Shown: piece by piece, positions 55,474-64,000 of the stretch
Layout: each line of letters opens with the position of its first letter
How positions within the stretch are numbered: position 1 is the stretch's first letter
Assembly (NCBI GenBank): GCA_051439505.1
Contig: JBFRWI010000132.1
Span: 18,717 to 82,716, forward strand
Length of the DNA stretch: 64,000 nucleotides
DNA from: Hormoscilla sp.
GTDB lineage: Bacteria > Cyanobacteriota > Cyanobacteriia > Cyanobacteriales > Desertifilaceae
Direction of reading: 5' to 3'
Notes under the pieces: generated by a model
Told to the model about the DNA's origin: nothing
Database searches by the model: none
The model's input: only the letters and a program-made list of their open reading frames with translations
Position numbers and translations under genes: made by a program

Positions 55474-55821
55474 ATGACCATAGAACAAGCTTTTTATCAG
55501 GAATTGCGACAGCGGGGATATTGGGATCGAGTGGACATGATGCCGGCAAGGGATCATGGGTATGCACCGGCGCTAGCATGGTCGAATCCCAACGTGACAG
55601 CAGACCCCGATACCATGTTTAAGCTAGTCTGGATCCTGTCCTCCAGTACCAGATGCCAGCGACTCAGCCCGATCGATGTCCGGATCTTAGACCGGACTGC
55701 CACTGAGTTGGCCGAGGAAGGACATCTGCTGCCGGCGACTAAGTCTTATGTAAAATATCTCTGGGAACAAGTTTATAATCTGGAGTTTTCCCACCAGCTA
55801 GCTACCGGCGAATGTTTTTAA
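55474..55821 (+). CDS. Hypothetical protein
   Basis: 115-aa ORF with purine-rich RBS; fills the gap and converges on menE; no recognised motif. Confidence 0.55.
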   Translation: MTIEQAFYQELRQRGYWDRVDMMPARDHGYAPALAWSNPNVTADPDTMFKLVWILSSSTRCQRLSPIDVRILDRTATELAEEGHLLPATKSYVKYLWEQVYNLEFSHQLATGECF

Positions 55822-57347
55822 GTTTTAGTTTGGATCTTCGCCCAGGCAATTTGCCCCAGATGTTCCCGGTTTACTTTACCCTGCCCATTGCGGGGTAAAC
55901 TTTCTACGGCTATCCAATGTTTTGGCCGTTTGTATTTACTTAATTTATTGGCGATCGCCCCTTGCAGCTGGGGGAGAGAAATATCCTCGGACTTGGGGAC
56001 GTAGACAACTGTCACTACTTCTCCCCATTGGCGATCTGGTAGCCCGATCGCGCAGACATCTGCGACCAACTGGGTTGCCAGCAATGCTGCTTCCACTTCA
56101 GCGGGAAAGACATTTTCTCCTCCAGTAATGATTTTCTGACTCTGACGCCCGACTATATGTAGGTAACCCTGGGGATCGAAATAACCCATGTCATCCCCTG
56201 CCAGGTCGAAGGGAGATTCGGTTTGGCCATAGTAACCTAAGGTTAGGGAGTCACCATTAATGGCGATCGCCCCAGTCTGGTTAACGTCCAGGATTTCTCC
56301 ATCCGGACCAGTGATGGTAACTTTAGCATGGGGCAAAACCCGACCGCAGCTATTATTGCCAGCGAGAAAATCTGCTGGTTTGAGAGTGACTATCCCAGAT
56401 GCCGTTTCGGTCATCCCGTAGGTAAGGGCTAAAGGGATATTTTTTATTCTAGCAGTTGACAGGAGAGAGTTCCAAGCTGGGCCACCCCCCAAGAGAACAG
56501 TTTCAAATTGGGATAACCAACTACTATGTTTCTCTAGCAATCTTTGCAGTTGGGTGGGTACGAGAGAAATAAATAAATTAGTTATATCGATATTGTCGTC
56601 ACCAGGTATGGACTTAAATGGCCGAATTACTAGGTTCCCGCCAGTAGTAAAGGAACGCAGGAACTGCATTAAACCGCTGACGTGATATAGAGGTAAAACG
56701 CAGAAAGAATTAATCGCCGTTTTCTCAAAATACTTTTGAAATCCTCTGACAGATGCCATCAAGGTTTCCCAAGTATGGATGGCAAAGCGAATTTTTCCCG
56801 ACGAACCTCCCGTAGGAATCATTATGCAGGAATTTGTTCGGGTGTGGTCAAAACCAGTTGATAGTTCTAGGGCGTTCCCAGTCGTGGGATCCCCCCAAAC
56901 CCCCCTTAAAAAGGGGGGCTTCCGGAAGCCCCCCCTTTTGCAAGGGGGGGTTTGGGGGGGATCCGCCGCAACTACTTTTGACCGCACCCAATTTGTTCTG
57001 GAGAATTGGGGATTAGAAATTGGCCATGGCAAATCAGGTGCGTGTCCTAAAATTATATCGGGTTGGACGAGGTGAAGTATTTGCTGCCATTCTCGTTCTA
57101 CCCAATGGGGGTTACATAAAAAAACGGAACAATTAGCTGCCACCGCTGCTATGAAACTAGCTATGAATTTAACAGGTTCTGCTTCAGCCAGTAGTATAAC
57201 AGGTGGTTGTTCCTGCTGGGATAATTTCTCGAATAAATCTTGACTTAGCTGAGTAAATTGGTGAGAGTTATCGCTTATCAACCAATTATCAAGCAGACGC
57301 TTTTCCCACAATTCTTTTACAATTATTCCCATAACTGCTGCACCCAT
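55818..57347 (-). CDS. menE: o-succinylbenzoate-CoA ligase with in-frame MITE insertion
   Basis: PTGGSSGKIR, LPLYHVSG, TYGMTET, TGGENV, GKVNR. Confidence 0.9.
   Translation of the reverse strand: MGAAVMGIIVKELWEKRLLDNWLISDNSHQFTQLSQDLFEKLSQQEQPPVILLAEAEPVKFIASFIAAVAANCSVFLCNPHWVEREWQQILHLVQPDIILGHAPDLPWPISNPQFSRTNWVRSKVVAADPPQTPPCKRGGFRKPPFLRGVWGDPTTGNALELSTGFDHTRTNSCIMIPTGGSSGKIRFAIHTWETLMASVRGFQKYFEKTAINSFCVLPLYHVSGLMQFLRSFTTGGNLVIRPFKSIPGDDNIDITNLFISLVPTQLQRLLEKHSSWLSQFETVLLGGGPAWNSLLSTARIKNIPLALTYGMTETASGIVTLKPADFLAGNNSCGRVLPHAKVTITGPDGEILDVNQTGAIAINGDSLTLGYYGQTESPFDLAGDDMGYFDPQGYLHIVGRQSQKIITGGENVFPAEVEAALLATQLVADVCAIGLPDRQWGEVVTVVYVPKSEDISLPQLQGAIANKLSKYKRPKHWIAVESLPRNGQGKVNREHLGQIAWAKIQTKT
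56840..56989. mobile_element. MITE shell A (150 bp) inside menE
   Basis: TIRs GGGTGTGGTCAAAA / TTTTGACCGCACCC; 9-bp TSD AATTTGTTC; 150+9 = 159 nt keeps the frame. Confidence 0.92.
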
Positions 57348-58387
57348 TTGTCGTCATTCTCGGCAAACCACTGCTGGACGCCAAAACCAACAGCCCGTTC
57401 ACCTACTTGTAGTTCTGCGGCTAGCTTTAAAGCCGCATTTCTGCCAATGGCGGTTTCCATTACTGAGGAGAAGACTATGTCGATCGGGTGGGACTGGCAG
57501 AACTGACGCAACCGGCTTGGGGAACCCGCGATCGCCGCTTTGATGACAAAGATCGATCGCCAACCTCGATGATAACATGTTTCCAGGCGATCGATACCTG
57601 CCACGGATTCATCTAGGGCAATGAGAGTCGAATATTGCCCAGACAATTTTTGCATCTCTTCAAACTTTTCCACTGCTAGGGGTTGTTCTATAAATTCTAC
57701 AGCTTTACCTTCACAAGCATCCAGCCACTGACAAGCTTCTTCCCAGGTAAGTCCGCCATTGGCATCCAAGCGCAATTTTGTTCCCCGGGGCAGTTCTTTG
57801 GTCAGTTGGGCAAATATTTTCAGTTCTTCCACAATGGGCATCACGGCTATTTTCCACTTAAAGGTCCGATATCCCTGATGCCAGAAACCCGGCCATGACT
57901 GTAAACTTTCCGGTCCCGCTGGTAACAAATAACTATAGGTAATACTTTCATCATGAGATGATGACTCTTGACTTTGGGTGTGGTCTGCATTTGTGGCCAG
58001 GGATCCCCCCCAAACCCCCCCTTGCAAAAGGGGGGGCTTCCGGAAGCCCCCCTTTTTAAGGGGGGTTTGGGGGGATCCGACGAATGGGAGGGTATCAATA
58101 GCTGACTCAAAGCCAAACTGACAGGCAGGTAGATCGTCAGGTATTGCCTTAATAATATCCCATGTTATTTCTGACGGCAAGTTTTGGCAAAATGAGAGGG
58201 CCTGTTCCCAAGTTTCCGAACCAAACCAGGGTAAAGGGGCAATTTCTCCCCAACTGACTTTCCCAGTTGCATCCCTCAGGCGAACAATGATGCCTTGGCG
58301 GACATGCCATTCACCGTGACTGGTGGTCAGCGATCGCCTAAACCGGCGCTGGTAGGGACGAAACTCAAATTGGTAATGTTCTGCCAC
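57323..58387 (-). CDS. menC: o-succinylbenzoate synthase with in-frame repeat insertion
   Basis: GEIAPLPWFGSE, FKWK, LRLDANG, IEQP, ALDES. Confidence 0.9.
   Translation of the reverse strand: MAEHYQFEFRPYQRRFRRSLTTSHGEWHVRQGIIVRLRDATGKVSWGEIAPLPWFGSETWEQALSFCQNLPSEITWDIIKAIPDDLPACQFGFESAIDTLPFVGSPQTPLKKGGFRKPPLLQGGVWGGSLATNADHTQSQESSSHDESITYSYLLPAGPESLQSWPGFWHQGYRTFKWKIAVMPIVEELKIFAQLTKELPRGTKLRLDANGGLTWEEACQWLDACEGKAVEFIEQPLAVEKFEEMQKLSGQYSTLIALDESVAGIDRLETCYHRGWRSIFVIKAAIAGSPSRLRQFCQSHPIDIVFSSVMETAIGRNAALKLAAELQVGERAVGFGVQQWFAENDDKWVQQLWE
57976..58092. mobile_element. Eroded MITE shell A inside menC
   Basis: One end GGGTGTGGTC plus the full palindromic core; other TIR lost. Confidence 0.75.
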
Positions 58388-58406
58388 AAAATTCTCTCAC
58401 ATGCTT

Positions 58407-58638
58407 CAATACTTCTCGATTAAGGATATAGGTTGTCATTGCGAGGGGGGGATACTCCGCGATTAACTTATGGGAAATTGAGTTAACCCCCCCCGAAGCA
58501 ATCCCCCCGCCCTGTATGATACCCAAGAACACTTCTGCGTCATCGGTGAGATTGCTTCGGGGGTCTGATCGCGGCGATCCCTACAATGTCGGTTTTGCCC
58601 CCCCCTCGCAATGACAGGTTGTTAACCGAGAAGTCTTG
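58407..58638. mobile_element. MITE shell B (232 bp) at the menH/menC junction
   Basis: TIR CAATACTTCTCGATTAA / TTAACCGAGAAGTCTTG; TSD TCACATGCTT / TCACCTGCTT (9 of 10 match). Confidence 0.85.
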
Positions 58639-59437
58639 TCACCTGCTTCACCCATTCTCCAGGATTTTCTAGATGAATATTATGACCTGCTTGGGCCACT
58701 ATCTGCAACTGCGCCACCTCACACAAACTAGCCATTTCGGCATTAATTGCCTTAAACTTAGCATCATATTCTCCCACCAGCAACAGCAGGGGGATTTTAT
58801 TTTCCGCCAGTCTATCCCATAAAGGTAGCATGTTGCCCGTACCCATGTTCCGCAGTGATTTCGCCAACTCCCAGGGATGATTTGCTAACCTCCTCTCCAT
58901 CATTTTCCCGAAGTCAGGATGATTTCGTAAAGATTGGAATATTGCTTGATTATACCATTTTCCTAAGAACTGTCTGAAATCCCCATTTTCCAATTCCCGG
59001 GCCCGTTCTGCATCTGCTTGACGGCGTTTTTTTCTCTCTGCTGCTGTTTTTAATCCCGCAGTTGCTGACTCCAGAATTACTTTTTCAAACCGATCGGGAA
59101 AGTTTAGCATCAGGTATAATGCTAAACGCCCGCCCATAGAATAACCTACCAAAGAACATTTGTCCATCTTTAACTCATCCAGTAAATCATTTATCCCCTG
59201 GGCGGTGTTGGACATATTGTAGCATGATTCGTCACCCTTTACCTGGGTTTTTCCATGTCCGGGCAGGTCAACTGCCAGACAGCAGAACTCTTCAGATAAC
59301 AACTCAATTACCTCATGAAAATCATCGCTGCTGCCCATAAAGCCGTGCAACAATATAATTAGCGGTTGTTTTTTGTTCCCGCTAATTATATTGTGAAATT
59401 GGTAAGCTTCTCTCTTATTCTTCAGGGAGGATATCAT
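58622..59437 (-). CDS. menH: SHCHC synthase (alpha/beta hydrolase)
   Basis: LHGFMG, DLPGHG, GYSMGGR, GHNIH; start uncertain (59437 or 59449). Confidence 0.88.
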   Translation of the reverse strand: MISSLKNKREAYQFHNIISGNKKQPLIILLHGFMGSSDDFHEVIELLSEEFCCLAVDLPGHGKTQVKGDESCYNMSNTAQGINDLLDELKMDKCSLVGYSMGGRLALYLMLNFPDRFEKVILESATAGLKTAAERKKRRQADAERARELENGDFRQFLGKWYNQAIFQSLRNHPDFGKMMERRLANHPWELAKSLRNMGTGNMLPLWDRLAENKIPLLLLVGEYDAKFKAINAEMASLCEVAQLQIVAQAGHNIHLENPGEWVKQVTRLLG

Positions 59438-59635
59438 ATTTGCAAACATATCAATGCGTAGGTTGGGTTGAGGCACGAAACCCAACACCCAACACCAGCC
59501 AATTTTGCGAACATATCAATGCCGTAGGTTGGATATCCGCCCGAAACAAAACCCAGAGATGCTGTTTTACTTGGGGTTGTTGGGTTTCCTAACGTCAACC
59601 CAACCTACGATTTCATGCATTGAGATCCACTTCCT

Positions 59636-60541
59636 TCATCCCCCTGAGATCCAGAAACCAATTCCTAACAACAGTCCACTCCAGAAATGCAATTCTACCG
59701 CAATAAACTTGCAAATTTTCACCATTTCCGGTTGGTCGTGATGGGTACCTACATGGCGGCAAAGTTTGATGGCAGCGGGCAAACTTAAGAAACTCAGTAA
59801 TGTCCACAAGGGAAATATTCCCCCTATTACTAAAATAGCAATTAGGGTAAATATGCTACCGCTAAACCACCATAACATCTGCGATCCGGTTTTCGTTCCC
59901 AGCCGGACGATCGGCGATCGCTTGCCTGCAGCGAGGTCATCTTCCACTTGATGAAAATGGGAACAAAACAGGATTAAAGTAGTAGTAATGCCGATAATTA
60001 TGGAAGTCACCAGATTAGTTATAGACCAACTCTGAGTTTGACTGTAGTAAGAAGCGGACAATGCTAGGGGACCGAAGGCAAAAAAGCAGAGAAACTCTCC
60101 CAAACCTTGGTATCCCAGACGAAAGGGCGGACCTTGATACATATATCCCAGGGCGCAGCAAGCAAGGATTAAGCCGATCACTGTTAAATCTTGCTGCCAC
60201 CAACAGATTAACAGAATTTCCAGAATCCCGAGGGCTAAACAAAGATTGCCCAACCAGAAAATTAAGGATTTGTTGCCCGTCAGGTTCACCAAGGAATGAT
60301 GTTTATTTTGATCGATACCCGTCTCCGAGTCAAATACGTCGTTACTGAGATTCTCCCATGCCAGAATTAAAATTGCGGCACTGATAAAGGTGGCAAATAT
60401 CCACCAATCTATGCTATGCTGTTCAAAAACAGCCACCGCAGTTCCTACCCAAATTGGCATTATTGCCACGCTGTACATGGGCGGTTTAATTGCCGCTAGC
60501 CAGAGTTTTTTGGGCGATCTTTCGATTGTCTGATTAGTCAT
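59636..60541 (-). CDS. menA: DHNA phytyltransferase
   Basis: AAIKPPMYSVA, NDVFD, YQGPPFRLGYQG, DDLAAGKRSPIVRLG. Confidence 0.93.
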   Translation of the reverse strand: MTNQTIERSPKKLWLAAIKPPMYSVAIMPIWVGTAVAVFEQHSIDWWIFATFISAAILILAWENLSNDVFDSETGIDQNKHHSLVNLTGNKSLIFWLGNLCLALGILEILLICWWQQDLTVIGLILACCALGYMYQGPPFRLGYQGLGEFLCFFAFGPLALSASYYSQTQSWSITNLVTSIIIGITTTLILFCSHFHQVEDDLAAGKRSPIVRLGTKTGSQMLWWFSGSIFTLIAILVIGGIFPLWTLLSFLSLPAAIKLCRHVGTHHDQPEMVKICKFIAVELHFWSGLLLGIGFWISGG

Positions 60542-60595
60542 ATGCCTCAGGTAGGGTGGGCACCGCCCACCTTACATGTTACTGATTCTATTTTA

Positions 60596-60783
60596 TCAAG
60601 TATCAGCATAACATAGACAAGCGCGGATATCTTCAACTTGAATATCTGGATAGTAATCGCGCATAATGTCTTGAAAGGAAAGTCCTGCATCAAGTAGTTC
60701 CAGCACTTCCTGGACAGTAATGCGATCGCACCCATGCCAGGCTTACCAAAGCGAATTTTCCGATTGACCGATATGAGTTCCAT
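60596..60783 (-). pseudogene. Frameshifted DUF433-family antitoxin-like gene
   Basis: MELISVNRKIRFGKP in one frame and RITVQEVLELLDAGLSFQDIMRDYYPDIQVEDIRACL in another; switch occurs at a HIP1 site. Confidence 0.75.
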
Positions 60784-61217
60784 AATCCGTCCAATACTTC
60801 CTTCATTTTACGATACTACAACAACACCCTTGAGCGATCGCCCATTTATGGGTGTGGTTACATGAACGAGAAACCGGGTTTCTGTGGTCATTGAGGTAAC
60901 CATGACGATCGGCCCGTCAAAGAAACCCGGTTTTTGGCCCCCACGCGCGGGTTGGGTTCCGAGAAACCGGGTTTCTGTTTCCCTGGAGACTCAATTACTT
61001 CCAGATTTGGACAGGGAATTTAATTTTTGTAACCCCCCGATACCTGTCGCGGCCCTTGGGGGTGGGTAACTCGGAGGTCCTGACAGGTATCGAATTACGG
61101 AAAAAAGGAAAAAGCGTGACTCTTTTTGAGAGTTGGTGCTAAGTTAACGAGAACGACGCCGCAGTCGGGATGCTACTGCTCCCACAGCACGACCCCCAAG
61201 ACGGGTATCGCCATCAC

Positions 61218-61430
61218 CTAGAAACCTTGCCCTCCCCCCCTTGCGATTATTGCTATTTCCTCTAATTCGGTTGCCGTTAATTCGGCGACTTCTTCGACGG
61301 TCTCTTTTCCTGGCATCTCGACGGAGCCTTTATACGTCCCATCGGCGGCGGTGACTGTATCCGTGGCAACCGTCGAAGCCAATAGGGCTGTCGAGGCGGC
61401 AGCCGCAATCATTTTGGTGGTGACTTTCAT
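61218..61430 (-). CDS. Small secreted-type peptide, hypothetical
   Basis: MK...AAAASTALLA signal-like N-terminus, acidic middle, ELTATELEEIAIIARGG near the end. Confidence 0.6.
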   Translation of the reverse strand: MKVTTKMIAAAASTALLASTVATDTVTAADGTYKGSVEMPGKETVEEVAELTATELEEIAIIARGGGQGF

Positions 61431-61999
61431 GGTTCTTTAATGTCCCGTTATTTCTTGATTTTCTGCGCGACGCGGATGTCGATTACTACCTAATAGCACC
61501 ACTTGGATGATATTCCTAAAGGTCACACCCATTGCCTGCCTTTTGCTACCTCTCGTACCCGCGCCGATACGTTCTTTTTATTATGCCTGTCATCATGACC
61601 GAGTGTCAAGTGCAGATGCCAATCTTTACAGAATCTTCATAATCAAAGCTTTTTGTGGCTCTTGGGTTGTACTGTCTATGAATTGCAATTTTTAAGACTG
61701 TGACAATTTGTCCAGACATAGATTAGATCCCAGCACACCTCCTTACTTCTCGGGTCCGCTGAGATCCAGAGTAGAAGTATACTTTTCTCAATTACCCGGC
61801 GATCGGCTACCGATCGCGATCGGACGGTCAACCGGTAGTTGCGTGAGGATTTTCCTATCCTCACCGATCGGGCTCCCAAACCCTGTTTCGATGGTTATAC
61901 GACTCCTGGTGTAGAAACAGTCAAGGTCGGGTTGTAGTTTTTTTGATATCAAAACACAATCCTTTATTGGTATAGTATTATAAGATAGGTCAGGATTAA

Positions 62000-62363
62000 T
62001 AAGCTGTGGCGCAATTGCATAGGCAGAAACTCAATACCTCTCGGTTAAGCATATAGCTTGTCATTGCGAGGGGGGTACGTAGCTATTAACTTATGCTCAA
62101 TTGAGTCGCGCAGCGTTGCGAGGCACGAAGCAATCCCCCCCCCCGTTAGCGTAGCGGCCCGACGCAGGAGGGCTAGCAATCTCCCCGACGACCCATGAGA
62201 TTGCTTCGGGGGATCTAAGCTATGATTCCTAAAATGTCGGTTTTGGTTTCCCCCTCGCAATGACAGATTATTAACCGAGAAGTATTGGGCAGAAACTCTG
62301 AAACCATTGTTTTCTATTTCTTTCCTAATTTTGAACTTTGAATTTTTAATTTTGAATTGCTTA
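62000..62363. mobile_element. MITE shell D interrupted by a nested shell B element
   Basis: TAAGCTGTGGCGCAATTGCA...TTTTGAATTGCTTA ends enclose the 62032-62287 element. Confidence 0.75.
62032..62287. mobile_element. MITE shell B (256 bp) with GTCATTGCGAG cargo
   Basis: TIR CAATACCTCTCGGTTAA / TTAACCGAGAAGTATTG; 10-bp TSD GGCAGAAACT. Confidence 0.92.
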
Positions 62364-64000
62364 TGTGTGGTTTTGCTGGATTTATCGATTTTCAATCCCG
62401 TCGAGTACCGAGAGATCTCAATCGTGAGATATTAGTTGCTATGAGCGAGCAGTTATCCCGCCGTGGCCCCGATGACGAACAGCTATCAATAACTCCCCCT
62501 TTGTCCTTGGTGTTTCGGCGGTTATCCATTATTGATTTGTTGGGGGGGTCCCAACCCATATGGAATGAAAATCATACCATGTGCGTCGCAGTCAATGGAG
62601 AAATTTACAATCATCGAGAACTGCGATCACAGTTACCATCGCACCATCGCTTTTCTACCGGTTCTGATGCCGAAATAGTATTGCACTTGTATGAAGAGTT
62701 GGGACCAAAAGCTCTTTCTCTTCTGAATGGCATGTTTGCGATCGCCCTCTGGGATGGCGATCGGGAACAACTTTTCCTCGCCCGCGATCGCTTGGGAATC
62801 AAACCCCTCTATTACAGTCAAGTCGATTCCCTGCTGATTTTTGGTTCCACATTAGCATCAGTGCTAGTTCATCCCTTAGCACCTCGATATCCTCAATTCC
62901 AAGATTTAAGCAATTTGAGTACCACAACTTCCCATGTTCGAGGCATCAACCGTTTAGCTGGAGGACATTATCTGCTGTTTGACGATCGCACGAGCACCGC
63001 TACCCCTGTTTGTTACTGGAATCTTGCGGATTATTTGGTCACGGAACCGATTCAGGATTCTCGGACCCCAGAAGATTACTGCGTTGAATATAGAGAATTA
63101 TTTGTCGATAGCGTCAAAAAACGCCTGATGAGTGATGTGCCTGTGGGGGCCTGTTTGAGTGGCGGTCTAGATTCGGGAGTGGTGGCAGCAGTTGCAGCTC
63201 AAGCTCAATCGGATTTGCACTGTTTTACAATAGTGGATGAAAATACGATCGACAATGGGGACGCCCAAGTAGCTCGTCAAATTTGCCAACAGTTGCAACT
63301 CCCCTTTTATCCAGTGCGGTGTGACTCGGAGAATTTACTAGAAGAACTTGATTTTTCCTTAGAGACATTTGAATATTTTGTTGGCATGATAGATTCGCCG
63401 CGATTTAGTCTAGAGTGGTTTTACAAGCACGAACTCCATCGCTATGCCAAAACTCAGATTCCCGAGCTGAAAGTCATGCTATTAGGGCAAGGAGCAGATG
63501 AATTTACTGGCGGGTACTCCACCCCGGATGATTTTCAACATGCCCACTGGCAAGAATATACTGAAAAACTCGCCGAAATGAAACATCAACACAGTCAAGG
63601 TAAACGACAAACTAGCTTAAAAGACGGCTCTTACTTATTCGATCGTACAATAGAAGGCATTCCCCCCAATTGTACGGAATTTCAAAAAGAAATGCTGAGG
63701 AGGATCTATACTTTGCAAGATTACAACCTCTGGCATGAAGATCGCAGTTCCATGAGTCAGAGTATTGAAGCGCGCGTTCCCTTTTTAGACCATCGTTTAG
63801 TAGAATACCTCGCCTCAATTCCCCCCCAACAGCATTTCACTCTGTTTTGGAATAAAAAGATTATTCGGGAAATGGCTTCAGACTGGCTTCATAATGATTG
63901 GGTGGAACGGAGTAAATCTGGCGGCAGTGAGCCGTTAATATATTATCGGATGAAAGAGAAGATCATCAAGCGTATTTGGCAGCCTTTCAAGGAGAAATAT
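62363..64000 (+). CDS. asnB: Asparagine synthase (glutamine-hydrolysing)-family amidotransferase, runs off window end
   Basis: MCGFAG Ntn start, RRGPD, NGEIYNH, ARDRLGIKPLYY, CLSGGLDS, GQGADE, EARVPFLD. Confidence 0.9.
   Translation, partial: MCGFAGFIDFQSRRVPRDLNREILVAMSEQLSRRGPDDEQLSITPPLSLVFRRLSIIDLLGGSQPIWNENHTMCVAVNGEIYNHRELRSQLPSHHRFSTGSDAEIVLHLYEELGPKALSLLNGMFAIALWDGDREQLFLARDRLGIKPLYYSQVDSLLIFGSTLASVLVHPLAPRYPQFQDLSNLSTTTSHVRGINRLAGGHYLLFDDRTSTATPVCYWNLADYLVTEPIQDSRTPEDYCVEYRELFVDSVKKRLMSDVPVGACLSGGLDSGVVAAVAAQAQSDLHCFTIVDENTIDNGDAQVARQICQQLQLPFYPVRCDSENLLEELDFSLETFEYFVGMIDSPRFSLEWFYKHELHRYAKTQIPELKVMLLGQGADEFTGGYSTPDDFQHAHWQEYTEKLAEMKHQHSQGKRQTSLKDGSYLFDRTIEGIPPNCTEFQKEMLRRIYTLQDYNLWHEDRSSMSQSIEARVPFLDHRLVEYLASIPPQQHFTLFWNKKIIREMASDWLHNDWVERSKSGGSEPLIYYRMKEKIIKRIWQPFKEKY

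Noticed and set aside
62363..64000. Lasso peptide cyclase
   Set aside because: The N-terminal Ntn cysteine (MCG) and glutaminase motifs are intact, and no lasso B protein or typical precursor is visible

Overview
Chromosomal window from a cyanobacterium, most likely a filamentous Oscillatoriales-type (inferred from dense HIP1 GCGATCGC octamers, heptamer tandem repeats and photosynthesis genes). Housekeeping and photosynthesis genes: smc (5' part), petN, cyclophilin, clpC, truB, ndhD1/ndhF1, trxC, Z-ISO/nnrU, rbcR, ndhM, leuD, uvrC, a phylloquinone cluster (menA-menH-menC-menE plus thioesterase) and asnB (5' part). Accessory modules: three tandem REC-histidine kinases plus a receiver, a V4R/globin/ferredoxin/kinase (pap-like) cluster wedged between rbcR and nnrU-trxC-ndhF1-ndhD1, an MNT-HEPN toxin-antitoxin pair, and a prpD/atypical SDR/citE/abrB island. 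Best candidate for an undescribed system: 32.5-38.1 kb, where a CBS-like/degenerate-MCP protein is followed by two paralogous SpoIIE/PP2C phosphatases. One has a nitrate-binding-type PilJ/NarX sensor domain and the other is fused to a complete ammonium transporter plus a PAS domain, suggesting a dual nitrate/ammonium-sensing phosphatase module. Second highlight: several MITE 'shells' with clear target-site duplications carry exchangeable palindromic REP cargo, including an empty 47-bp shell, a nested element and in-frame insertions in men genes. All calls come from manual reading of the sequence; no database search was run.
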